From Leucoraja ocellata (taxonomy: Eukaryota), in NCBI GenBank assembly GCA_036785375.1, contig JAWMAR010000120.1, forward strand, positions 5,146,001-5,210,000: DNA of 64,000 nucleotides, read 5' to 3'. Under the pieces are notes generated by a model. It was not told where the DNA came from, ran no database searches, and worked only from the letters and a program-made list of their open reading frames with translations. Every line of letters starts with the position of its first letter. Position 1 is the stretch's first letter. A program made the translations under genes and the position numbers. Shown piece by piece: positions 1 through 9,999 of the stretch.

Positions 1-144
1 CAAACTTGAGGCTCCACATACACGCCTACCTCACTCCCCAGATGCTGAAGTAGGCAGGTAACAAATGTCCTTGGGGCCTGATGAAACTTAACAACATACT
101 GGTTAGACAAATGTTGCTCTTTGTATTTATTCGGGTCTGCCATG

Positions 145-450
145 GTAATTGCCCCTTTCACCATTGCTCCTAGATCTTTTGCACTTGCTGGATAGTTTAC
201 TTTTCTTGTAATGTGAGAAGCAACCCCTACAGTCCTTTTCCATAATTTCACTTGTACCTCAACGTACTCCGCAATGCCCTCCTTTCCATCAACTAGTTCC
301 AAAATTCTTATTTCCTAGTCCTTTCCTTCATACGGTTTAAAGAAGGCTTCCATCTCTCTATCCCTACCACTCCTGTCGTAATCCAATGTAATATGGAGTG
401 GAGGTTCTTCATCCAAATCTAGTATCGGGAGGTCACTGTCAATTAACATT
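145..450 (-). pseudogene. 2H-phosphoesterase (CNPase-like) domain in pol, after the protease
   Basis: Manual translation, frameshifted relative to the protease: MLIDSDLPILDLDEEPPLHITLDYDRSGRDREMEAFFKPYEGKD*EIRILELVDGKEGIAEYVEVQVKLWKRTVGVASHITRKVNYPASAKDLGAMVKG. HIT motifs at 395-387 and 215-207. Confidence 0.75.
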
Positions 451-471
451 GCCTGTCGGGAGCCCAGGGGG

Positions 472-800
472 TCACACTATCCCACCATTGTCGCACTCGA
501 TCTTTAATTGAAATGCGCAGAACAAATCTCTGGCCATTAAATTGCAATCCAATCCAGTTGTTATCACAAATCTATGCTTTATTGCTTTTCCTCTGTACAC
601 CACCTCAACTGGCTCAGAGATGGGATACTGGCCGACTTGTCCTTGACAACTGCACAGGCTCTGGACATCTTGTGATTCAGGGAGATTGTGAATTGATTGG
701 AGTGATGACATGGATGCTCCTGTGTTTACCAAGAAGGTACAGATGTTTCCTTCTACTTGTATTGACAGCACAGGTTCTTCGTAAGATTTGCATCCTGTTA
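472..800 (-). pseudogene. pro: Retroviral aspartyl protease, catalytic D mutated to N
   Basis: ORF 472-915: EPVLSIQVEGNICTFLVNTGASMSSL...CNLMARDLF matches the retropepsin FLVDTGA...NLLGRDL pattern. Confidence 0.85.
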
Positions 801-1022
801 CCACTGAATTTGCTAATCGTAAATGTGAAAAGGGGTTATTGTGAGTGAAGGATATTGGTCTTCTCTGTTCCTGATTTACCTGCCAGTTCCCACTCTGCTT
901 TCGTAAGATTTGCATCCTGTTACCACTGAATTTGCTAATCGTAAATGTGAAAAGGGGTTATTGTGAGTGAAGGATATTGGTCTTCTCTGTTCCTGATTTA
1001 CCTGCCAGTTCCCACTCTGCTT
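780..1022. repeat. 122-bp direct tandem duplication at the gag-pro junction
   Basis: gtaagatttgcatcctg at 781 recurs at 903; gtgagtgaag at 841 recurs at 963. Confidence 0.95.
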
Positions 1023-3100
1023 TCTCTCATCTTGTTGATCTCTGAAATCTCTTCGATCCCTCTGATCTTGGAAATCTCTTTGGTGACCCGCTCTTCTGTT
1101 CCTTCCTCTGGTTGGTACTCCCTACTCCAGTGACCTGCGCCTCCATAAGTATAGCACTGATCTGATCCCCTTATTCAATATCTTCTACAATTTGGTCCCA
1201 GTAAAATTGGCTCTAAGGTAGGCATATTATCGTAATAATGATCGAATTACTCGGGAACTCTAATTTCTCCCATTCCATTCTTTGCTAACATTTGAGGACT
1301 CCATGGCCCTGCGTCAGAGTTTGGCACCTCCTTTCTAATCTCTGTTTTTGTTTTTATTGCAGGCTGACCTTCCTGCTTTTTAACATCTTTCCAGTTGTAT
1401 ATTACTGCTCGAGCTATCTGACTGGAACTGTTTTCCGACCAGTCCATATTATTAGTTTTAATCGATTCAGCCACATTAGTTGGAAGGCAGTTCAATCAGA
1501 TTGCACAGTACTGAGGAGAATTTACCCCATTCCTGAAATTCAGATCCCCTGATTGATCCATGTATAACTCCGAAATTCTTTCCAAGAATTCATCTGCTCC
1601 CTCTCCCTTTTTGGTCTTACATCCAGAATCTTTGAAATATCTATAGGCTTCTGAAGAGTATTGGCATGTGCAGTTAAAACTGCATCTTCCCTCGCTCTTC
1701 CATCAGCGATCACATTAGCCAGTGCTTCATGAGTTGGATGTCCTAAGGCTGTCCCACTTGGGCGACCTAAGCTGCGAGTTTAGAAGAGTTTGCCCTGGAC
1801 TCAAACTCGCAGCATGGTCGACATGTCCTAAGTCCTAGGAGGTCATATGAGGTGGCTGGAACTCTCCTTCATGCTCTAGGGAGGTTCCTGCCTACTCGCG
1901 GTGTCAGCTAGGTTGCAGAAAATATTTCAGCATATTGAAAATTTTTCTTTGAGTAAAATTTCGTTGGCATGGGTCTTTTTCACTCGTAGTGCAGTGGTGT
2001 GGGATTGCTATTTACTTATAGGCACTCGAGGGCAGCCATAGATCATCTCCTTCGCTGGCCGGCCATTTTGATTGGCTCATTGGAGTTTCATGACCTAGGA
2101 AGACATACCGGTAGGTAAAGTGCCCGCTAACTTTATTAAACTTCTTAAAAGTGGCACAGCGGTAGAGGCCCCTACCTTAGCGATGTGTTTGTGTGTGTGT
2201 GCGATCAGTAGATGTAGCTCGCGGTTCGGTCGATCCAGCTCGCGGTTTCAACGATGCCAGTCGATCCAGCTCGAGGCTTTCCAGGCGAGTGCTCTCGAGC
2301 CTGAAGGTGGAAGGCACTCTTATGGATTCGCGGATTAGGTCGCCCAAGTGGGACAGGCTCTTTAGAATCTGGTATGTTCTGTCGGAGTAATTATCTGTTG
2401 TATCACAGCCCAAAGATCTTGGCAGTCTGCGAAATACACACGCATTGTGGTTCTTAAGTAATTTACAAAGGAAGCAGGTGACTTCTTGCTATCAGGGTTC
2501 TTGCTTAACACTGCCATCATCTCGTTGGGTTTCCATGGGGTATATACTTCAATAGTCCTGGGGCTATTTGCACCCACTGCATTAGCCGGATCAAAAGCTG
2601 GATTAGGCATTTCCCTGACTGGGAACTGCCTATGGGATACTTGCTCTGCTTTGAGAATTTTTGCCATATTCGGGATCTCCTTCAATGTCTCCAGCTATTG
2701 TCTCACCCTCAGATATTTCTTCCTCTTCACTAGGAGGATTACGGTACTTCTTAAAGGAACTTCTCTGATCTCCCACTACTCGTCTAATTTGTCTAGGCTT
2801 AGGCTCGCAAAAATATTCTGGGGGTTGTACTATGTCTCTAATAACCTCTCTCTCCATAAATATAGGAGCTATCTTCTTCGTTTTACTCCTGGTACCGTAA
2901 GCTACTGGATTTTCTGCCAATAATGGAGCAGGAGTGGAGTCGCCGTACCGGCGAATACCAGACCAATAACTGTTGTAATATTTCACCGATCGGAACAAAA
3001 CTTGATGCACTTGGAGCAAAGGAAAACGGTGAATAAGGTGGCGAAAATATCCTTGTGTTATGGGGAACCATTTTTTGCGCAAATTTTAAAACAACGCATT
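850..3100 (-). pseudogene. gag: Retroviral gag pseudogene, interrupted by a MITE at 1747-2361
   Basis: ORFs 2362-2685 and 1247-1495, plus manual translation between them (LGHPTHEALANVIADG...KPIDISKILDVRPKREGADEFLERISELY). PPY-like motif in the 2883-3071 ORF. Zinc-knuckle relic CYTYGGAGHWSREY at 1156-1115. Confidence 0.8.
1747..2361. mobile_element. PIF/Harbinger-like MITE inserted in gag
   Basis: TIRs ctgtcccacttgggcgacctaa (~1749-1770) and ttaggtcgcccaagtgggacag (~2335-2356); TAA/TTA flanks; Gag reading resumes on both sides. Confidence 0.8.
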
Positions 3101-3158
3101 CTGGAAGAGGACAAGATGATAGTTTTAAGAATGGTATAGAAGATAGATAGATAGAAGA

Positions 3159-3415
3159 NNNNNNNNNNNNNNNNNNNNNNNNNNNNNNNNNNNNNNNNNN
3201 NNNNNNNNNNNNNNNNNNNNNNNNNNNNNNNNNNNNNNNNNNNNNNNNNNNNNNNNNNNNNNNNNNNNNNNNNNNNNNNNNNNNNNNNNNNNNNNNNNNN
3301 NNNNNNNNNNNNNNNNNNNNNNNNNNNNNNNNNNNNNNNNNNNNNNNNNNNNNNNNNNNNNNNNNNNNNNNNNNNNNNNNNNNNNNNNNNNNNNNNNNNN
3401 NNNNNNNNNNNNNNN
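3159..3415. other. Assembly gap (N) flanked by GATA microsatellite
   Basis: N run with gatagata on both sides. Confidence 0.99.
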
Positions 3416-3997
3416 GATAGCTATAGATAAAATAGATAGATAGAAGATATCATGGGCAGTGAAATACTATCTAAACATTATCACCATCCAGTATTGCCAT
3501 GATATGAATAAAATAATACATTAAATTGTAATCTGCGCAGTGCTTTGCTGTTTGAATCTCATGGGTTTATAGCAAGTATTATCTTCTCCGCTAGTAAATC
3601 ATGATGTGTTAACAAGAATAAACCAGTGAGATGAATTTGGACCGCTTATTGCATCTGTTCAGTTTTATTCCAAACCATGATCTTTTATATCATTTAACTA
3701 TCAATAGAGACAATGGAAGCAAATTTCAATTGATTGCACCAGATTTCTGAAGTTTCATTTGGGGTTAGCATGATGATAGAGAATGAGATGGAGGTCCCAG
3801 AATTTTCCAGGCTCTTTATATAACGGAACATAAGTATGTGGGATCATGCAATGGTGATAGGGTCTGTCACATATATTTGATGTCAATGGACAAACAACTT
3901 GCCAAACTATATGGTAGGAAAGACAAGATGAGAGCATTAGAGAGATTTATCATTGCATCACAACATGTCATAGCAAGAGCATGGAATTTTATTTGTA

Positions 3998-4290
3998 GTA
4001 TTAGTTTTAGAGATACAGCGATGAAACAGGCCCTTCGGCCACACTGAATCCTTGCCGACCAGCAATTACCCATACACTAGTTCTATCCTACACACAAGGG
4101 ACAATTTACAGAAGCCAATTAACCTGCAAACACATCTTTGGCATGTGGGATGAAACAGGAGCACCCAGCAAAAACCCACATAGTAACAGAGAGAACGTAC
4201 AAACTCTGTACAGACAGCACCCATAGTTAGGATTGAACCCGGGTATCTGGCACTATGAGGCAACAACTCTACCGCTGTGCCACTGTGCCA
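3998..4290 (-). mobile_element. tRNA-derived SINE (HE1/V-SINE-like)
   Basis: Reverse strand: A-box tggcacagcgg, B-box ggttcaatcc, core gtacagagtttgtacgttctc, CR1-like tail gaagggcctgtttc and (CTAAA)n. Confidence 0.85.
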
Positions 4291-4484
4291 ATCAAAATTT
4301 AGTTTAGTTCAGTTTAGTTCAGTGATACTTAGATCTTACAAAAAAACAAAACTCCTAAAACACCAAAGGAACTAAAAATTGGCAATGAAAAAGTAACTGT
4401 TTCTCTTTCTGCAGATGCTGTTAATTAAATATTATCGATATACCGTATAAGAAAGAATAAATAAAGAAGTGAAGTGCCTTTATC

Positions 4485-4970
4485 TCAGATAAAATAACAG
4501 CAGTTCTGGGCACCATGTTATAGGAAAGATATTGTTAAGCTTGAAAGGGTTCAGAAAAGATTTATGAGGATTTTGCCAGGACTGGAGGGCGTGAGATATA
4601 GGGAGAGGTCGAGTAGGCTGGGTTTCTATTCCATGGAGCGGAGGAGGATGAGGGGTAATCGTATAGAGGTGTACAAAATCATGAAGGGAATAGATCGGGT
4701 AGGTGAACAGAATCTCTAGCCCAGAGTAGGGGAATCGAGGACCAGAGGACATAGGTTCAAGTTGAAGGGGAAACGATTTAATAGGAATCCGAAGGGTAAC
4801 TTTTTCACACAAAGGGTGGTGGGTGTGTGGAACAAGCTGCCGGAGGAGGTAGTTGAGGCTGGAACTATCCCCATCGTTTAAGAAACAGTTAGACAGGTAC
4901 ATGGATAGGGCAGGTTTGGAGGGATATGTACCAAACACAGGCAAGTGGGACTAATGTAGCTTGGACATTG
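4485..4970 (+). mobile_element. CR1 LINE 3' fragment; its tail continues at 9880-9950
   Basis: QFWAPCYRKDIVKLERVQKRF...ERRRMRG, followed by a 3'UTR cut at ggacattg. Confidence 0.9.
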
Positions 4971-5391
4971 GTTCCCGGATGTGGCGTCAAAGGACAAGAA
5001 GCTGAAGCAAAGAAGTGGAAGCCAAATAACCGAACGGAAACAACGCCAAAAAGCCAAATAACCGAAAGGGCGCAACGCCAAAAAGCCAAATAATCGAATG
5101 GATACAACGCCGAAATGCCAAATAACTGAAAGGGTGGGACGCCTAAAAGCCAACTAACCGAACGGGCAAAATGCTGAAAAGCCAACTCACTGAACGGACA
5201 CAACACCGAAAAGCTAAATAACGGACATGACGTCGCTGGAGGACGGGACTTGTCAGCGATTGGTTCAGACCCCCACATCCATCACATCACTGGCTGGGGT
5301 AGACAGGGAGGGTGGGGGTCATTTTCCCACACAAGACTGCCCGGGGCTGGCAGGTGACTGGGCGCTCTGAACCCGAGCACCAAGGTGTAAG

Positions 5392-5772
5392 TAGATAGAT
5401 ATAGATATGCCATTTATTGTCACTATACATGTACAGTGAAACTGAAAGCTGCTCGTACTCAGTGCATACATACAATTTAGCACAAAAAAACAAGAGACAG
5501 AAAAACAAAAAACAGAAGGGAGATGGGGGGGGGGGGGGGGGGGGGAATAGGTGCACAAATTCTGCGGCGCTACATTCATATATACATATATACAGATGGA
5601 AGTCCGTGTTGGGCGGTGTAGTCAGTGCATGTGTGAATTTGAATTTATTGTAGATATAATTCTTGGAAAGCAACTATTCCTGAGTCTGTTTGTCCTGGAT
5701 TTGATGCACCTATAGCGCCTTCCAGAGGGCAGCAGGTCGAACAGTCCAAACGCAGGATGGGAGCTGTCTTTG
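5392..5772 (-). mobile_element. Rex-Babar LINE 3' end, inserted in the left foldback arm
   Basis: Reverse translation HPAFGLFDLLPSGRRYRCIKSRTNRLRNSCFPR; absent from the right arm. Confidence 0.8.
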
Positions 5773-6814
5773 GGAGTGGACGAAGGAGCACATCTCTCGG
5801 GACAGCCGCCAGTCTTCCCTGCCCGGGGTCAGCGCTGTCCAGCCACTGCCACCCTCCACTTCGTCTCCCCCATGCGGCCGCAATGTGACGGGCTGTGGGT
5901 CGGCAGCACGCACACACACACGGGGCCGGGTGGAGCAGAGTTGGGGACAGTCTGGTCACTCCGCCCATCCAGAGTCGCTGACCCTGAAGCACCGCCACCG
6001 GATGCCGACTCCCACACCAGGATGATTCACCCTCCCCCCGGACCCTGATCCACACATGGGATGATTCACCCTCGACACACACATGGAGTGATTAACCTCT
6101 CCCCATCCCGGCCGCGGGGACAGAAGGCCCGGGGCGCTGGCAGCCATAGTAAATCGCTTTTAAACCATGGGGAGGAGGACACAAATTCCTTGGCGGGCCG
6201 ATGACAAGTGTGCATGACAATGAACAATTTAATCTCCTCCCACTCCCCCCCCCCCCCACCCCCTTGACAACAAGAAGCACATTATATTTTTTGTTTAAAC
6301 ACAGTAATACCATCTGGTTGCCTGCTTAAAGCACACAACAAGCTCCCATGCACAAAACACCAGAAAATCTGTATTTTTACAGTTCATTTGCAGTTCTTTT
6401 TTTTGAACTTTACACATTTAACAGTGCCATTTTCGCAGCGGTGTCGAGTAAATTGTCCTTTTTCCCCCTCGCAGACGATACATTACTCTCAAATCACATA
6501 TCTTTTCTCCATTACCCCTCTACATAAAAACAAAGTGTCAATGCCTCATCAAGGTCTACCAATCCACTCATAGCTTCAGTTGCAGGTACAGCTGAAGGGA
6601 TTTGGCGCTCAGAACAATGACCGAATTAGAAGATCATCTAAGCATCTTGAAATCAATCTCATCAGCACGAGTGAAAGATATCCAAGCGACACGGTATCGA
6701 TTAGACCACATCACATAGAGTGGAAAAGAATGAACAGGAAATTGCAAATTATTCAACTGCAACTTTCCCCTTCCCCTACACAAAGGCAGCAATAACATAT
6801 TTGCCACATATTTG

Positions 6815-6960
6815 TCTTCAGTCTTCAAGTCTAAAGAATGGTCACGACCCAAAAAGTCACCCATTCCTTCTCTCCAGAGATGCTGACTGTTCCGCTGAGC
6901 TACGTCTTTTTGTATCCATCTTCAGTTAAAACCAGCATCTGTAGTTCGTTCCTACACAAC
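6815..6960 (+). mobile_element. Penelope pLTR-derived short repeat with degenerate hammerhead motif
   Basis: gtctaaagaatggtcacgacccaaaaagtcaccc...ccagagatgctg...ccagcatctgtagtt. Confidence 0.65.
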
Positions 6961-7044
6961 TGTCACACAAAAGTAATTGGCCAAGTTGGCTTGCTGAATA
7001 TTGCACAAGACCATGGTCAGAAGAAAGGGGATGTTATATCTATA

Positions 7045-8206
7045 TCTATATTACTAAAAATCTGTTCTTGACCGGTTTTGGCCATCTGTGCTGCGACTTC
7101 CGAGAGAACGCCGCCACCTATGGCCATCAATTTTGGCCACCTCGCTCAGAGCCCCCCTCTGCCACATGTGTGCTGAGGATTTTTCCAGTTGATGAAAAAT
7201 GACAGAGATATTAATGATTTTACAAAATTCCCCATTCTCTCTGCTGCCCTCGCTGGCGGCAGGGGGGAGAGACTATAAAACCAGGAAGTGGTGTGCCTCA
7301 TTCAGTCTCTTCAAGATGGAGGAAGGCAGAGGTTCACATTTCTCTGAGCTGTGAATAACACTGAACACATGTGCACACAGCTGTGAGTAAGCCTTAATGT
7401 GGTTTGAAAATGAAAATATGGTTAAAGTAAAAAAACACTGCCTGCAAATGGATGTTTGGGGGGTTTGGGTTGAAATAAAAAGGCACACTCTCTCTCTCTC
7501 TGTTCTCCCCCCCCCCTCCTCTCCTCACCCCCTCCTCCCCTCCCCCCTCTCCTCTCCCCCGCTCTCCCCCCTTATCTCCTCTCCCCCCACTCTCTTCTCC
7601 CTTCCTCTCCTCTCCCCCTCCACCCCCTCTCCTCTCTGCCCCTCCTCTCCCCCCCTCCTCTCCCCCTCTCCTCTCCATCCCTCTCCCCCTCTCCTCTCCC
7701 CCCTCTCTTCTCCTCTCCACTCCCCCCTCTCTCTCTCCCCTCTTTTTCTCCCTCTCCTCCCCTCCCCCACCATCCCTCCCCTAAACCCCCCTCCCCTCCA
7801 CACAACCCTACCCCCTTCCCTCCACCCCCCCTCCCTGCTCCCCACCTCTCCCCCTCCCCTCACCTCTCCCCCCTCTCAGCACACCCCCTCACTCCCCCCT
7901 CTCCCCCCCTCTCCCCCCTCCTCTCACCACCTCTCCTCTCTCCCCTCTTTTTCTCCCCCTCCTCCTCTCCATCCCCTCCCCCACCATCCCTCCCCTAAAC
8001 CCCCTCCCCTCCAAACACCCTTACCCCCTTCCCTCCACCCTCCCTACTCCCCACCTCTCCCCCAATATAATATCAAGGGGGTAATTAGCGTGAGTGCGAG
8101 GGGGATAGTTAGTGTGTGTGACGATGCATGCCGCCTCCCCCCCCCCCCCCACCCCTCACAACCGCACATTGGGGGAACAGACCCAACGGGTCTGCCCTTG
8201 GTCTAG
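7045..8206 (+). mobile_element. Non-autonomous Helitron A
   Basis: 5' TCTATATTACTAAAA; 3' hairpin cagacccaacgggtctg followed by CTAG (8203-8206); inserted between A and T; CT-rich low-complexity interior at ~7490-8065. Confidence 0.85.
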
Positions 8207-8798
8207 TATATAACTAAAACTGATATTGTGCTGTTGCGTGGTTTTTCTATTTGCGCAAAAACGGTATGCGATAGCGCTACAATTTATTGCCAGCTCACTC
8301 ACTGTTCTCCTGTGCTGCGAGTGCAACAAGTTTCATTCCGAACAGTGGTATATTGCAAAAATTAGCAAGGTTTAAAAATCTTATAAAACGCGCATGCCAG
8401 TCAGCGCTGCACGGATTGGTCTCTTCTCCTGTTACTCTCCGGACCGTCTGCCCCTTCCTGTGCCATTGCATCTTTACTGGAGCTGAGGAGGGATGCTGTG
8501 GATGGCCGGCGGAGGTCTCCAACCGGATACAATTTTCAGAGGGACTGGAAACGTCGCGACGCGGACTCGGAGATGTCGCCAATGTCACCAAACGGAAAGC
8601 GGAGACTCTGATCCTGGCGGAGGAGAACCGGCGGAGGGAAAATTAGCTGCGCCTGCACAAATAGGGGCTATGGATGAGTGGTGGAATATGTCGTTGGGGG
8701 AACGGGTTGTGTTGGGGGAACGGGTGAGTGGTGGCATATTGTGTTGTGGGATGGGTTGCATTGGGGGACCAAGCTTCCCATGTGACTGGGACCCAACG
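8207..8798 (+). mobile_element. Non-autonomous Helitron B; 3' end lost in the gap
   Basis: Starts tatataactaaaac and ends gggacccaacg (first half of the terminal hairpin) at the N-gap. Homologous to segments near 19270-19380 and 20520-20700. Confidence 0.7.
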
Positions 8799-8978
8799 NN
8801 NNNNNNNNNNNNNNNNNNNNNNNNNNNNNNNNNNNNNNNNNNNNNNNNNNNNNNNNNNNNNNNNNNNNNNNNNNNNNNNNNNNNNNNNNNNNNNNNNNNN
8901 NNNNNNNNNNNNNNNNNNNNNNNNNNNNNNNNNNNNNNNNNNNNNNNNNNNNNNNNNNNNNNNNNNNNNNNNNNNNNN
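8799..8978. other. Assembly gap (N)
   Basis: N run. Confidence 0.99.
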
Positions 8979-9999
8979 ACTCAGGAAAAAGATTAACATT
9001 TGGCAAATATGTTATTGCTGCCTTTGTGTCGGGGAAGGGGGAAAGATGCAGTTGAATAATTTGCAACTTTCATTCGTGCTCTTGAGTGATTTTAAGAAGC
9101 TCAGATGATCTTCTAATGCGCCCCCGGCTGTCTGTTCACAGCAGCCAGCGGGGGGGGGGGGGGGAGAGGAGGGGGGGGGTGAATCACCCGGTGTGGGTGT
9201 TGGGGGGGTGAATCACCCCGTGTGTGGGTCGGGGTCCGGGGGTCGGGGGGAGTGAATCACGCTGCTGTCGGGGTCTGGTGGCGGTGCATTTCAGTCAATG
9301 ACTCTGGGTGGGTGGAGGGAGCAGACTGTCCCCAACTCTGCTCCACCCGCCCCGTGTGTCTGTGCACTGCCGACCCAGAACCCGTCACAGTGCGGCCGCA
9401 TGGGGGAGACGAGGTGGAGGGCCGCCATGGCCGGACAGCGCTGACCCTGGGGGAGGAAGAGTGGGGGCTTACCCGAGGGATGCGCTCCTTTGGTCGCTTG
9501 CACCTTGGTGCTCCGGTTCAGAGCGCCCAGTCATCCTCCAGCCCCGGGCAGTCTTGTGTGGGAAAATGATCCCCACCCTCCCGTCCCCCCCCCGGCCTGT
9601 GATGTGGCAGGACCAATCGTTGACAAGTCCCGCCTTCCGGCGACGTCATGTCCTTTATTTGGCTTTTCGGCGTTGCGTCTGTTTGGTGAGTTGACTTATT
9701 GGCATTGTGCCCTTTCAGTTAGTTGGCTTTTAGGCGTCCTGCCCTTTCGGTTATTTGGCTTTTCGGCGTTGCGTCCATTCGGTTATTTGACTTTTCGGCG
9801 TCGTAAGCTTTTGGTTATTTGGCTTTTTGCCGTCGTTTCTATTCGGCTTCTCATCCTTCAACACCACGTCCACACATGGGGACATTGTTGGCTGGTGTGG
9901 GCAAGTTGGGCCGAAGGGCCTGCTTCCACGCTGTATGACTATGACTCTAACAAGAAAACTAAATCAAAACATAATGTTAGAAATGGAAGCAAGCATCTG

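Larger units (their letters stand above)
1..3130 (-). mobile_element. Decayed endogenous retrovirus (gamma/epsilon-like): gag-pro-2H domain, pol continuing beyond position 1
   Basis: Minus-strand order: Gag capsid-like segment (IEVYTPWKPNEM...DLWAVIQQII), degenerate CCHC knuckle, retropepsin-like protease, then a domain with two HxT motifs. Stops, frameshifts and a MITE insertion are present; the 5' end runs into the N-gap. Confidence 0.85.
4971..9878. mobile_element. Foldback-type non-autonomous DNA element (MULE-like?) with long inverted arms
   Basis: Left arm 4977-6810 and right arm 8995-9871 are diverged inverted copies. Both carry 32-bp subterminal tandem repeats (gccaaataaccgaa core). 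TSD ggacattg at 4963-4970 and 9880-9887. Confidence 0.8.

Noticed and set aside
4210-4290. tRNA genes at A/B-box sequences
   Set aside because: These are SINE heads followed by a SINE core and LINE-like tail; no complete cloverleaf is evident.
5020-5225. 32-bp periodic repeats resembling CRISPR
   Set aside because: Units are diverged tandem copies without unique spacers; they are the subterminal array of a foldback arm.
7394-8206. Long Pro/Ser/Leu-rich and Gly/Glu/Arg-rich ORFs (also at 19280-20583)
   Set aside because: Translations of CT-rich low-complexity tracts inside Helitrons.
8493-9108. ORFs containing X runs
   Set aside because: Artefacts of reading through the N-gap.
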